64,000 nucleotides of DNA from Octopus vulgaris (taxonomy: Eukaryota), in NCBI GenBank assembly GCA_951406725.2, contig OX597820.1, forward strand, positions 89,342,001 through 89,406,000, given 5' to 3'. Positions 12,872-23,600 of the stretch are shown in pieces. The translations under genes and the position numbers were made by a program. Each line of letters begins with the position of its first letter. Position 1 is the stretch's first letter. The notes under the pieces are model-generated. The model was not told where the DNA came from, ran no database searches, and saw only the letters and a program-made list of their open reading frames with translations.

Positions 12872-12976
12872 CTCCTACATATGTTTCGACATGACACATC
12901 TTTGTTTGTGACTACATTCTCACATCCATAGTATTTTGTTAAATATCATTTATAATATCTATGGATCTTAAGGAAG
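12872..12976 (-). ncRNA. Hammerhead-like motif with a long branched stem II (one core mismatch)
   Basis: Minus strand: CTTC-CTTAAGA-[TCCATAG...CTATGGA hairpin and further sequence]-GAAA-CATATG-TA-GGAG. Stem I CTTC/GGAG; palindromic stem III. Confidence 0.5.
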
Positions 12977-14350
12977 CCCATTATAACATATGTATACTTC
13001 CCCAGGTAATCTGCATTAATGTTCTTTTTTTTTGGTTGTATCAATGTTTAACTTCGGGATGTTTCGCATTCCACATCAATCAAAAAGCTTTGTTGGATTT
13101 ATGGATGGTGCTTGTGAATTTTTGCAACTTACCAACGTGATAGATATGTAGTAGATACAAGGCAAGAAAATCGAAAGAGATAGTATTGTGCTTTGTTTTC
13201 CTATCTATGCGGGCGGCCATAAAGAAGAGGAGAGAAACAAAAGACAAAAGAGATAATATTGTGTTTTCAGTTCAGTGTAGGCGGACAGGAAATAAAAGAA
13301 AAAGAAAAGCGAGAACAAAAGAGAAGAAGAAAATAGATAGAGTGTATTAAGAGGAAGCACGTTACAGTCTGTTGGGGATTAAAACTCAGCCCGTCATTAC
13401 GTGTTTCTCTAATGATTAAACAGAGCGGTAAATGAAAAAGAAACTTTTTTTTTTTATCTTATCAGTTCCAGATTGGTAAATCTGGCGCCGTCCAAGATAT
13501 TCATTGCAATGAGCTTGGTACAATTAACTACTTTATATAAACCCCCTGCTGCGCTGTCAATCAAAGCTCCTTAAAGGGGCGTACTCGCTGTTGATTGTTC
13601 ATTAGTCCAACCGTTGATAGTTATTGCACGTCTATATTTTCATTAATATTCTCCGAACATTGTTTTGTTTGTATATATTTCATTGTTCTCACATTATTAT
13701 GCGTATAAATCATGCTGGTATCCGTGATAATTATAATCAGCTACCTCTGTACCTGCTTGTAATAAATATTATTCCATATTTAGGACCTTTTTTGTTTGCA
13801 TATGTTCACAAGGCCCTTCCAGCATCTGGTTCGGATGCCATCGACGATCTGTTGGTATTTGTTTCTCAATGGATTTCGTTAAAGTCCCATGAATGATTTC
13901 TTAATTCTGTGCCGACATGATAATACTATTTCCGAATGTTAATTAAATTTTTTTTGCATATAATAACTTAAAGCGATTTTTCTAGGCATAAGTTGCAGGC
14001 CCATGATGCTCCGTCAGAGGGTTTCGCGTTATTCAATATCAATCATTTAGATGTATATTCCTCTCTACTTTAGTCTCCAGATGAGATTAGCTAATGATGT
14101 GCAGTCACTCTTATTTTCATCTGAAAAGAATGCAATGTGATTTCTCAGATGATTCTTCATCTTGTCGGAAGTTATATCGATGTACGAATATTTTTGTGCA
14201 CCTGCCAGCACTTCACACTTATAAATCATATTCCGCCTCATGCAGTTATTCTCCAGTATGCATACATACATACATACATACATACATACATACATACACA
14301 AATACATACATACATACATACACACATACATACATACATACATACATACA

Positions 14351-14382
<32 letters not shown>

Positions 14383-14471
14383 CATATATATATATAGTAA
14401 AGGTTATTTGCCAACTCTGGAGTACTGTTACTGAAAGTCTCGTTGAGAGATTTAGAAATAATATGTTATAT

Positions 14472-14546
<75 letters not shown>

Positions 14547-14547
<1 letters not shown>

Positions 14548-14776
14548 TTTATTTAAAGCAGCAGAAAATTCAACAAAATCTGTTACTCTGAGTTTCTCGT
14601 TGCCGTTCATCAGACAGTTTTTGCCATTCTAGCAAAAACTGTCTGATGAACGGCAACGAGCTCAGAGTAACAGATTTTGCTGAATTTTCTGCTGCTTTAA
14701 ATAAAGCATATTACTCTACCACTGGTATTTGAGTACTCTTTTTTTCCACCTTGTTTCACATTTATGTGTTTACTCC

Positions 14777-14778
<2 letters not shown>
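14547..14778 (+). mobile_element. Fold-back HHR-bearing cassette (PLE pseudo-LTR-like) inserted in (TA)n
   Basis: Inverted arms 14547-14624 and 14632-14706 plus a unique tail of about 70 bp; second copy at 52915-53106. Confidence 0.85.
14580..14617 (-). ncRNA. Minimal type-I hammerhead motif
   Basis: CTGT-CTGATGA-A-CG GCAA CG-A-GAAA-CTCAGAG-TA-ACAG; stem I extends via (G)CAAAA/TTTTG(T). Confidence 0.6.
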
Positions 14779-14866
<88 letters not shown>

Positions 14867-15581
14867 CTGGCAAATGCACTCGTCCTTTTTTAATGTTTAA
14901 GTTGCTTTGTTGGTATTTTTCCACCAAATAATTGAAGAATTGAGAAGGTTTACGAGTAGCACGACAATCTATTAACTTTGGAACGGAAAATCAAACTGAA
15001 GGCTGGTTATTATGGATGTCGTTGCACTTTAATGATCATAGAACATATAAGTTTGCAAGCGATGCAAAGTAAAGTTACTGAAGTGTTTTGGGAGTAGATT
15101 ACGGATAATGACTACAAAATATAGTTGTTTTACATGAAAGCGAAATTTCTTGTCAGAAACAGCCACATAAATGGTGTAAGGAAATTGAAGTAAAACGTTG
15201 AAACTTCCCCACTGCGAGTTTATTTTATTCAAAAGCAAACAGAGCTATTTTTTTCGGAGAGATAAGCTAACCGAAGCCCCTTTATTCTGTCTTCACACAT
15301 AGCTGCGCATAAACTAACAGCGAATGTCGCATAAATTGGTATGGAGCTTTCTGAAAGATACACATAGCTTTCGCTAGTGGAAGCAAAAGTCGGCAAAGTT
15401 ATGATGCAAGCACCTGCTTAAAACGCCTATAACTTCTTTATTTTTACAAGTTTTTACAAATGTTTTTCGATTCTGTCGTCTGCATAATGAAATTGATACG
15501 ATTACGGCAAAAAGCAACTTTAAAATAAAAAATTCCCATTTCACCCACACCTCCGCATCTTTCTTTTAATTCGTGGTTTTA

Positions 15582-15647
15582 AAATACCGACAGTCCGAAT
15601 CTACCATTCTTTTCAAATACCGACAGTCCGAATCTACCATTCTTTTC
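15582..15647. repeat. Perfect 33-bp tandem duplication
   Basis: AAATACCGACAGTCCGAATCTACCATTCTTTTC twice. Confidence 0.95.
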
Positions 15648-16256
15648 AAATAATTTTTTAAATACTTCAAAATCAATATTGCGTAAATATGTGTGCCAGA
15701 AATAGTAGTTAAAAATTAGGAAATAGATTTTTGGGAGATCTTTTATTATGACTGACTTTTATTGCATTATTCTAATATCTTCTGAAATTTAGACATATAC
15801 ATGTATAAATGTATACAGAAACATATATAAATATATACACACACTTATATGTTTTTACAGAGTTAGTTTAATATACATCCTTGTATATATATAAATATTT
15901 CGGCATATCTACACAATTGTGTCTCAATGATTCGCTCCTTCATAACATTGAGAAAATTAAATATTTCTAAATGAAGTTTTCTACAACTATGCTTCAGATC
16001 GTGTAGATTCCGATTAAATTGGAATTCATTGTGAAAACCGTCTGTCCCTAAAAGAGTTTTAGAAAATTCACACCATTAGGCTTTGTTGTATATATCGGGT
16101 GATTTCAACCAACGAGGTATTGAAAACCTTGGTGAAAGTTGAGAAGAAGTTGTAAACAACAAGGGTGAATACATTATTGATTTATTAGCTGTTATTTTTC
16201 ATTAAAAATTTAAAAAAATTTAAATGAAAACAAACGGCGGGAACTTAGTTGCCAAG

Positions 16257-16321
<65 letters not shown>

Positions 16322-16374
16322 CATATATTTGTTTACACACACATACACACACACACACACATATATTCATAGTG

Positions 16375-16800
16375 ACTCCAAATAAAGAACAAACAAGAAA
16401 TAGCAATAAAGCGAGGACGTGGTACAAGTACTGTATTATCAGATGCTCAGGAAAGGAAGGAAAGAGGATTTAACGTTTCGAACCTTACTCTTCTTCAGAA
16501 ATAGAGGAAAGTTCAAAGGAAGGGAAGACAGGGGAAGAAAATCGCCAACGATACACACGCAATTACATTTTGAAATAACCGGAAGGGAATGGGTGAAGAA
16601 AAAGTTCTTTCTAAGACAGGAGAGTGCAAGAGATGGAAATATGTGCCTGCATGTGTGGGTATGTGCGTGTGAGCAGGGCTGTGTGGGTGTAATAATAGCA
16701 CGTGTATGTGCGTATGCGTGTGTGTGTGTGTGGTTTTGGCTGTTTATATGTGTGTATGTGTGAGTGGACTTTGTGGTCGCTTAATGTCGTAGGAAGAATT
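16375..16800 (-). mobile_element. ORF-less HHR-bearing repeat (PLE 3' end/pLTR-like); relatives at 22405-22612 and 54690-55135
   Basis: Shared plus-strand blocks GGACGTGG(T/C)ACAAG, ACGTTTCGA..CTCTTC and TTTCT(A/G)AGACAGGAGAGTG (the first and last shared with the 54.7 kb copy), followed by a GT-rich tract. Confidence 0.7.
16468..16502 (-). ncRNA. Minimal type-I hammerhead ribozyme, intact core
   Basis: ATTT-CTGAAGA-A-GAG TAAGG TTC-GAAA-CG-TT-AAAT. Stem I ATTT/AAAT, stem II 3 bp, palindromic AACGTT in place of stem III. Confidence 0.7.
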
Positions 16801-16905
16801 TACAGCAGGAATGATATATATGTACACACACACATATATATATGTATATATATATAAATATATACATACATATGTATATATATATATTTATACACACACA
16901 CACAT

Positions 16906-16955
<50 letters not shown>

Positions 16956-16974
16956 GAGTGTGTGTGTGTGTGTG

Positions 16975-17170
16975 GTGTATATGTTTGTCCCTTCACGATC
17001 ACTTGTCAATCGATGCTGATGTGTTTACGTCCTCGTAACTTAGCGGTTTGACAAAAGAACCGGCAGAATAAGTACTAGGCTTACAAAGAATTTGCTCGAC
17101 GAAAGGTGGTGCTCCAGCATGGCTGCAGTCAAATGACTGAAGCAAATAAAAGTATAAAAGAATAAAAGAA
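16975..17170 (+). mobile_element. SINE family B, 3' half
   Basis: GATGCTGATGTGTTTACGTCC...GCTCCAGCATGGCTGCAGTCAAATGACTGAA. Confidence 0.8.
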
Positions 17171-17356
17171 TATATATATATATAAATTCTAGCAGATATC
17201 AAGTAAGCACTCAGTATAAAGGAATAAGGTTAAATTTCTAACATTTCCAGTAAATGTATGTAGAATACATTTCCCAGGTAAATCCTCATGTATGACAGGG
17301 AAATCCAATAATTGTTTCAATTGTATTAACATTTACATAAATAATACATAAATATG

Positions 17357-17770
17357 TATTTATTACACACATGTGAGTGAGAACACTTTGAGATATTTTT
17401 GGTATCTAACATATGTCAGATACTGCGAGCGCTGCTTCTGATTGGTCAATCCATGGTGATGACCCGAGGTCACGGTGACAGCGTTGCTTCTGATTGGTCA
17501 ATTCATGGTGATGACTCGAGGTCACGGTGACGGCACTACTTTTGTCATTCATAAGTTACAACTAAACGTGAAGAATTTAGTTATTGGGTTAATAAAATAT
17601 AGTCGTTTATTCGTGTGTAATAAATAAAATACCAAACTCATTCCCTATGGATACCGTATTTATTACAACTCGTGGCTTGTAAACGTATCTAACGAGCGAA
17701 AGCGAGTTAGATACGTTTACAAGCCACGAGTTGTAATAGGGTATCCATAGGGAACTCGTTTGGTATCCTC
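17357..17770. mobile_element. Non-autonomous palindromic DNA element (possibly Crypton- or Helentron-like)
   Basis: 14-bp IR 17357-17370/17613-17626, 52-bp direct repeats 17428-17531, perfect 33-bp hairpin 17661-17738 with outer IRs. Family assignment is inference. Confidence 0.6.
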
Positions 17771-17775
17771 TATAT

Positions 17776-17777
<2 letters not shown>

Positions 17778-17861
<84 letters not shown>
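17778..17861. repeat. (CA)n microsatellite
   Basis: Read directly from the sequence. Confidence 0.97.
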
Positions 17862-17864
<3 letters not shown>

Positions 17865-18349
17865 ATTATTAAAATTAAATATGTATACGAAAATTTATGC
17901 ACAACATTATGAAGGTGATTTAAATTGGTGAAAATTCTGACTGAACATCTGAGAAAAAGTTTTAGCTGTTAAAAAACGCTAACAAAAAGAAACGCCAAAA
18001 CCAAATTTAACTTCAGACATTCATACATTCATTCATTCAACAAAGAGCGACGTCATTGAATAACTAATTTAGCTTATAAAAATAAAATATAAAATACCAT
18101 ACTAATTCTATATATTTTGACAATTTGAAATCTACAAAAAAAAAAAAAAAAAAACCTAACGTAGAAAACGAGTATATTTATCTACTATAGTTGATAACGT
18201 CACTGGTTATCTAAAGAACCAAAACTGCACACAAGAATTCAAAGTTATGCTTAATAGATAACAAAAGAATATAAACTACAGATAACAATTTTACGTAATG
18301 CTTAATAGAAACTTATGTACTTTACGTCGCAGTAATCAATTACCTGTTT

Positions 18350-18710
18350 ATTTATTTAATATAATAAACCCTTCAATAGGAATTAATCTTATTTTATAAT
18401 TACTGGAGAATTATTATATTCAACAACGTATACAACCACCGAAGATCTCACTGGGTAATTAAAAAATAAAAATTACGGAAAAGATAAGCAAATATATATT
18501 TATTCATTATAATAAACTCTCATATAGGAATTAACCTTATTATATAATAATTGAGAAATTATTATAATTAATATTAATATATACAATTATTGATGATTAC
18601 ATTAGATAACTAAAGATTAAAAATAACGGATAAGATAATTGAATACCTATCTATTTTTATATTATACCCTTGTATAGGAATTAAGATTGTTATATAGTAA
18701 TTGAAAAAGA
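18350..18710. repeat. Degenerate tandem repeat, unit about 149 bp, about 2.4 copies
   Basis: ATAGGAATTAA at 18376, 18524 and 18674 with alignable flanks. Confidence 0.8.
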
Positions 18711-20139
18711 TAGGGCCAAGTTCCCTTTTATAGCATGGGCAACAAATATTTGTTTGATGGGGATGCGGGAAATAGGCTCGTCCATAATGGGTACCTGCTA
18801 TTTATTTTATAGGACCTTGGATTTGGAAAAGAAGTAAACCATGATAACTCAAGAATTCAAAAAGAAAAAAAAGACGTTGCCTATAATTATGGAATACATA
18901 TTCTTTGATCAATTAAAAATAGCAGCCAAATCTATTGTATCGTTTCAGAAAGGGAAGCATTTACTGGACAATTTTATCCCCATTATTCTAGAGATATACG
19001 AAAAGATGAATTAATCATAAGACATGTTCCTTTTATATTAATCCTGAGTAGAATGTCTTTGATTATAGATTTACTCAAACGAATAATTTGGGAGCAAACA
19101 GCAGCAGCAACAACAACAGCAACAACAACGCCGAAAACCACTTTATCCAGAAACCAGTGCAAATAATTATTGACAAGAATTGTCTTCTCCATAACATTCG
19201 ACTAAATAAATATTTGAGAAATGTGCGGTATGTAAATATATGTGTTAGAATGTAAATATTGTGTAGGAGTATAAATATTTAGAAGCCTCTTCAGCATTCG
19301 TCACATACTTCTTTATAAATACATTGGGCAGCAAACATAGACCATTGACTCCACCGGTTTTCCGTTACTACTCTTTAACCCTTCGCGTGTCAGGTGCATT
19401 ACACATATTTCCTTGGAGTCCATGCCTTATGTATGATACAGGTTCCCAATTTTTTTTTACCATTTCAGTAACATTTCAGTAACTTTATAGAGAAGCTTTA
19501 TATTATACATATTAGAGCTTATGAAATAAGGATAACCGGAAGTATGAAAATGAGCTTGGACGTTTAAGACAAATCTAGGAAACTGGTTTTGGACATGCAA
19601 AGGGTTATGCGGTGAATTTAATACCTGTTGTGAACATCTTCGCTATTATTTTCTCGACATCAACAGGTTTACGAATGAAAAGACCCTCTAGTAGCTTTGT
19701 TGACAAATGTGCTTTTATCGAGGATTCTTAGTAAGAAACTGCGAAGTTGTTTCTCTGTTGACTTCCTTTGAGCATTTATTTCGGCAAGACAAAGACAAGT
19801 TCCCCATATCCACCTGGGTCTTCAGGAGGTAAAGGACCAGAGAAAATACCACGAAATATTTTGTTCAACGCTAATAATTCGGCCAATCTACACTGACCCG
19901 AGCTGTCACTTTATTGTACTTTTTTCCAGTAGTATATAAAGCGAAAATGATGTAGATGCGATTCGAATTCAGAATGCAGAGAGTCAAAACAAGTATCCCA
20001 AAGGTATTTTGTTGGGCGTTCTAACGATTCTGTGTTCAATTCAGTTATCTTTTAGTAACCAATAACAGAATTGTCAGCAGTGCTCTAGGAAGTCGATTCA
20101 ACTGTATAAACGTCTATAAGTTTACGGCAATGTGAGACT

Positions 20140-20279
20140 ACATTATTTACATTTGACGGAATTTTTTTCTTAACTTGTTTGTTGTTAACACAACGTTTCG
20201 GCTGATATACCCTCCAGCCTTCATCAGGTATCTTGGGGAAATTTCGTACCTGGGTTCTCATTCATAAGGCATTTTTCGA

Positions 20280-20280
<1 letters not shown>
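20140..20280 (-). mobile_element. HHR-bearing PLE pLTR-like unit (left arm of a large palindrome)
   Basis: Reverse complement of 20982-21125. Confidence 0.85.
20187..20232 (-). ncRNA. Minimal type-I hammerhead ribozyme, intact core
   Basis: GATAC-CTGATGA-A-GGCTG GAGGGTATAT CAGCC-GAAA-CG-TT-GTGTT. Perfect 5-bp stem II; stem I with G-U pairs. Confidence 0.75.
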
Positions 20281-20345
<65 letters not shown>

Positions 20346-20348
20346 TAC

Positions 20349-20424
<76 letters not shown>

Positions 20425-20505
20425 TTTTTTTTTTTTTTTAATTTTTTATTCAGGTCACTGTCTGGAATCGAACTCGGAATCTTGGGGTTCGATTCCAGAC
20501 AGTGA

Positions 20506-20568
<63 letters not shown>

Positions 20569-20570
<2 letters not shown>

Positions 20571-20897
20571 GCCCTGATGTAGTGGAGGAGCATCATAGCC
20601 GTGTGTTGAGTGGGATTCTTTGGAGTTTGAATAATTCACGTTAAACATCTTTAAACAACCCTTATTCAGGGACCATTTGAGCAGGATGGGTTACTCGACC
20701 AGAGGAAAATTCTAACTGGGCCCCACCTGCAAGGTCATGTGCTGTTTATCTTGATATGAGATCACCATGTCGCGCACATATGGTTGTGATGCATGTGCCT
20801 AGTGTACCCTTATCAGACGGGTAGTCATGATGGATATACTGGGCTTCGTATATTTTACCCCAGTGTCACTTTGATGGCATGCACTGCTCTCTCACTC
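20569..20897. mobile_element. (TAA)n-embedded interspersed repeat, internally deleted copy
   Basis: Reverse complement matches 50089-50600; both copies have (TAA/ATT)n on each side. Confidence 0.85.
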
Positions 20898-20953
<56 letters not shown>

Positions 20954-20981
20954 TAATAATAATAATAACAACAACAACAAC

Positions 20982-21125
20982 ATCGAAAAATTCCTTAGGA
21001 ATGAGAACCCAGGTTCGAAATTTCCCCAAGACACCCGATGAAGGCTGGAGGGTATATCAGCCGAAACGTCGTGTTAACAACAAACAAGATGAGGACAAAC
21101 ATCCGTCAAATGTAAATAATGTAAA
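20982..21125 (+). mobile_element. HHR-bearing PLE pLTR-like unit (right arm)
   Basis: Contains ACAC-CCGATGA-A-GGCTG...CAGCC-GAAA-CG-TC-GTGT at 21031-21074 (U4-to-C core variant, GUC site). Confidence 0.85.
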
Positions 21126-21405
21126 TGATCTGCTCGTCTTTTAAATATAGAACTGAATGTGATACTAAACATATTTCATGTATTTAACCAAGAAGTATTG
21201 ATTAATTAGAATGATATCTTTGATGATGAAGAGAAACAATGATTAATCTTAATGATTAATTCTGATCAAGAAACGTAGGGGAAACAATTCCGAAATATAA
21301 ATTAATTAAAAACTAATTAAAAACAAATGACGTGAAGCATTGTGTGCGTATGATCTTTGGCACCATACAGTATCAACTACAGATATGTTGTATAACGTTA
21401 CTGCA

Positions 21406-21620
21406 TCAATCTGTCGCCTTGTACCAATATAAGAAATCAGTATTTGTACAAACGTCTGTTGGTGCCTTAGAATTTCCACAGAATAATTTCCAGAGACATT
21501 CTGTTCCGCCTTTGCTTAGTCTTTTCCCTTTTCCTTTTTTCTTTTCTTCAACAAACTGTTTTCTTCCTTTACAAATGCTTACTTTGATCTTGTCTTCGAT
21601 TATTTTCTTTGCTCTCCTTT
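21406..21620 (-). CDS. Candidate terminal coding exon of an unidentified small basic, Cys-containing protein
   Basis: Branch-like CTAAC and acceptor TTATTTGTACAG, then a phase-1 open frame RRAKKIIEDKIKVSICKGRKQFVEEKKKGKGKRLSKGGTECLWKLFCGNSKAPTDVCTNTDFLYWYKATD-TGA in non-repeat sequence. Confidence 0.4.
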
Positions 21621-22039
21621 CTGTACAAATAACATGTTAGACAATTGTATTATTTTACATTTAGATTATATATATTTACTCTACGGTCATGTTTTCATAC
21701 AGCATTCGTTTGCATGACTCTTCGTCAATGTCTACGCGCAGGCGCGCAGGCACGCACACGTACACGCACAATTTACTTATTTGCATATAGTATTTGATGT
21801 CATGCGTTTGGTGAACAATAGCGTCGTTGGCTACTGATTTCCAACAACAGACCAATCACTGGTTCACCTTACCACACCAACTCCGAAGGGAGTGTTTATG
21901 CAGCTCAGGCAGAACAAATACCATAAGGTATGTTTTTGCTTTTTTCAAACGCAGTGATTTATAGGTTTTTCTCGTTGATACTTATATGGTTTACGGTGTA
22001 TATCAGCAGAAAATACGCACACACGCACGCACATACACA

Positions 22040-22103
<64 letters not shown>

Positions 22104-22145
22104 CATACATACATACATACATACATACATCTTTTATAATATATA

Positions 22146-22211
<66 letters not shown>

Positions 22212-22309
22212 AATGCCTTGTAGTTTAATCTTATTGACGGAAAATATATAGAAAACCGTTGTGTCTGTGTGTAGGTAGCTAGATCGGTGTATGTGCATCC
22301 ACACAATAC

Positions 22310-22404
<95 letters not shown>

Positions 22405-22501
22405 ACGGGAAGCTTTATGAAAATAAACAAAAGACGAAGGCAGGTGGAATACAAACAAACAATTGTATTAGTATGGCGCTCAGGAATATAAATAAAACAA
22501 G

Positions 22502-22539
22502 TCTTTTACGTTTCGAGCCTACGCTCTTCAACAGAAAGA
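22502..22539 (-). ncRNA. Minimal hammerhead motif with a core mutation (CTGTTGA)
   Basis: TCTTT-CTGTTGA-A-GAGC GTAG GCTC-GAAA-CG-TA-AAAGA; perfect stems I and II. Confidence 0.65.
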
Positions 22540-22613
22540 TACACAGAAAAGAAACACGGAAAGAAACAAGGAGAGAAAAAAATGCGTGCAGAAGCTAGCG
22601 AATCAACATGGCG

Positions 22614-22755
<142 letters not shown>

Positions 22756-22907
22756 ACACACACGTACGCAACGGGTTTCTGTATATATTCCATCTATAAA
22801 ATTAAATTGCAAGGTATTGGTGAACCCAAAGTTAGGCCGTAAACTGAGTTTGAACTGAGTTCTTTTTGTATCCCTGTGCCATTATGTTCGTTTCAGGATG
22901 TTTCTAC

Positions 22908-22989
22908 CTTTCGTTGCTGTAATCTGTTGACACCTTCCATTTGCGTTGCCTTTATAATTTGGCATTGGCATAACATTTAAAAAAAAATC
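22908..22989 (-). CDS. Candidate 82-nt coding exon, phase-compatible with 21406-21620
   Basis: cttatag|GAT...DFFLNVMPMPNYKGNANGRCQQITATK G|gtagaa; the G joins AA to give an in-frame Glu. Confidence 0.33.
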
Positions 22990-23467
22990 CTATAAGATCT
23001 AATTGAAATTAAAGGAAATATTTTTTTTGATTTCTAGTCGTTTAAGTTGTTTATATCATTAGAAGGATACGCAGTAGTATTTTTACAGAAGGGTGATTTA
23101 AATTTTTTGTCTCAGCTCTCAATATGTCCTGGTGTCAAGTTCATATAGTAGATTTTTTTTCCTATATCTGTTACATCAGTAAATAGTAGATCAAAGAATT
23201 GTTGAAGGTTTTTCTGTTCAGTTTAAAGTCTTTCGCAAATCGCTGGTACTGTATGCTCGAAGCCACTACCCCTAGGTGCCTGTATCTAGGATTGGAAACG
23301 AATTTGCTAAGAAAATGACACAATAATGTAGCACAAGAAAATCCTGATTTCAAATATTCGAAGACACTAAATTACTTAAAAATAAGTTTGTAGCCTGTTT
23401 TATATATGTTTCCTGCTAGACGGTACTGTCAAAATTAGATAAATTTCTTTCGGTGTGTCAGAAAACG

Positions 23468-23600
23468 TGAAGGCGTGTTAGACTAGTAGTTGGGTTTACG
23501 ATCGTTAAATAGCAGGCTGGATTTTCTGAAAAGGAAGCGCGTTCTGTTCTTGAACAAGACACTTCTTTTCATATTACTTAAGTACACCAATGGCATCTGG
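23468..23600 (+). mobile_element. Degenerate SINE family A-like copy
   Basis: TGAAGGCGTG head, TTACGATCGT, TGTTCTTGAACAAGACACTT. Confidence 0.55.

Larger units (their letters stand above)
13900..15040 (-). pseudogene. Penelope-like GIY-YIG endonuclease remnant (Naiad-like), split by microsatellites and a fold-back cassette
   Basis: LENNCMRRNMIYKCEV...YSYIDIT...NHIAFF...TSLANLIWRLK; ILNNAKPSDGASWACNLCLEK; SCRH. Upstream V*FSVP resembles the IWFNPP motif. Confidence 0.82.

Noticed and set aside
16468-20232. Heterodimeric ribozyme between the two intact minus-strand HHRs
   Set aside because: A double hammerhead needs cross-complementary stem I strands; ATTT/AAAT and GATAC/GTGTT are incompatible.
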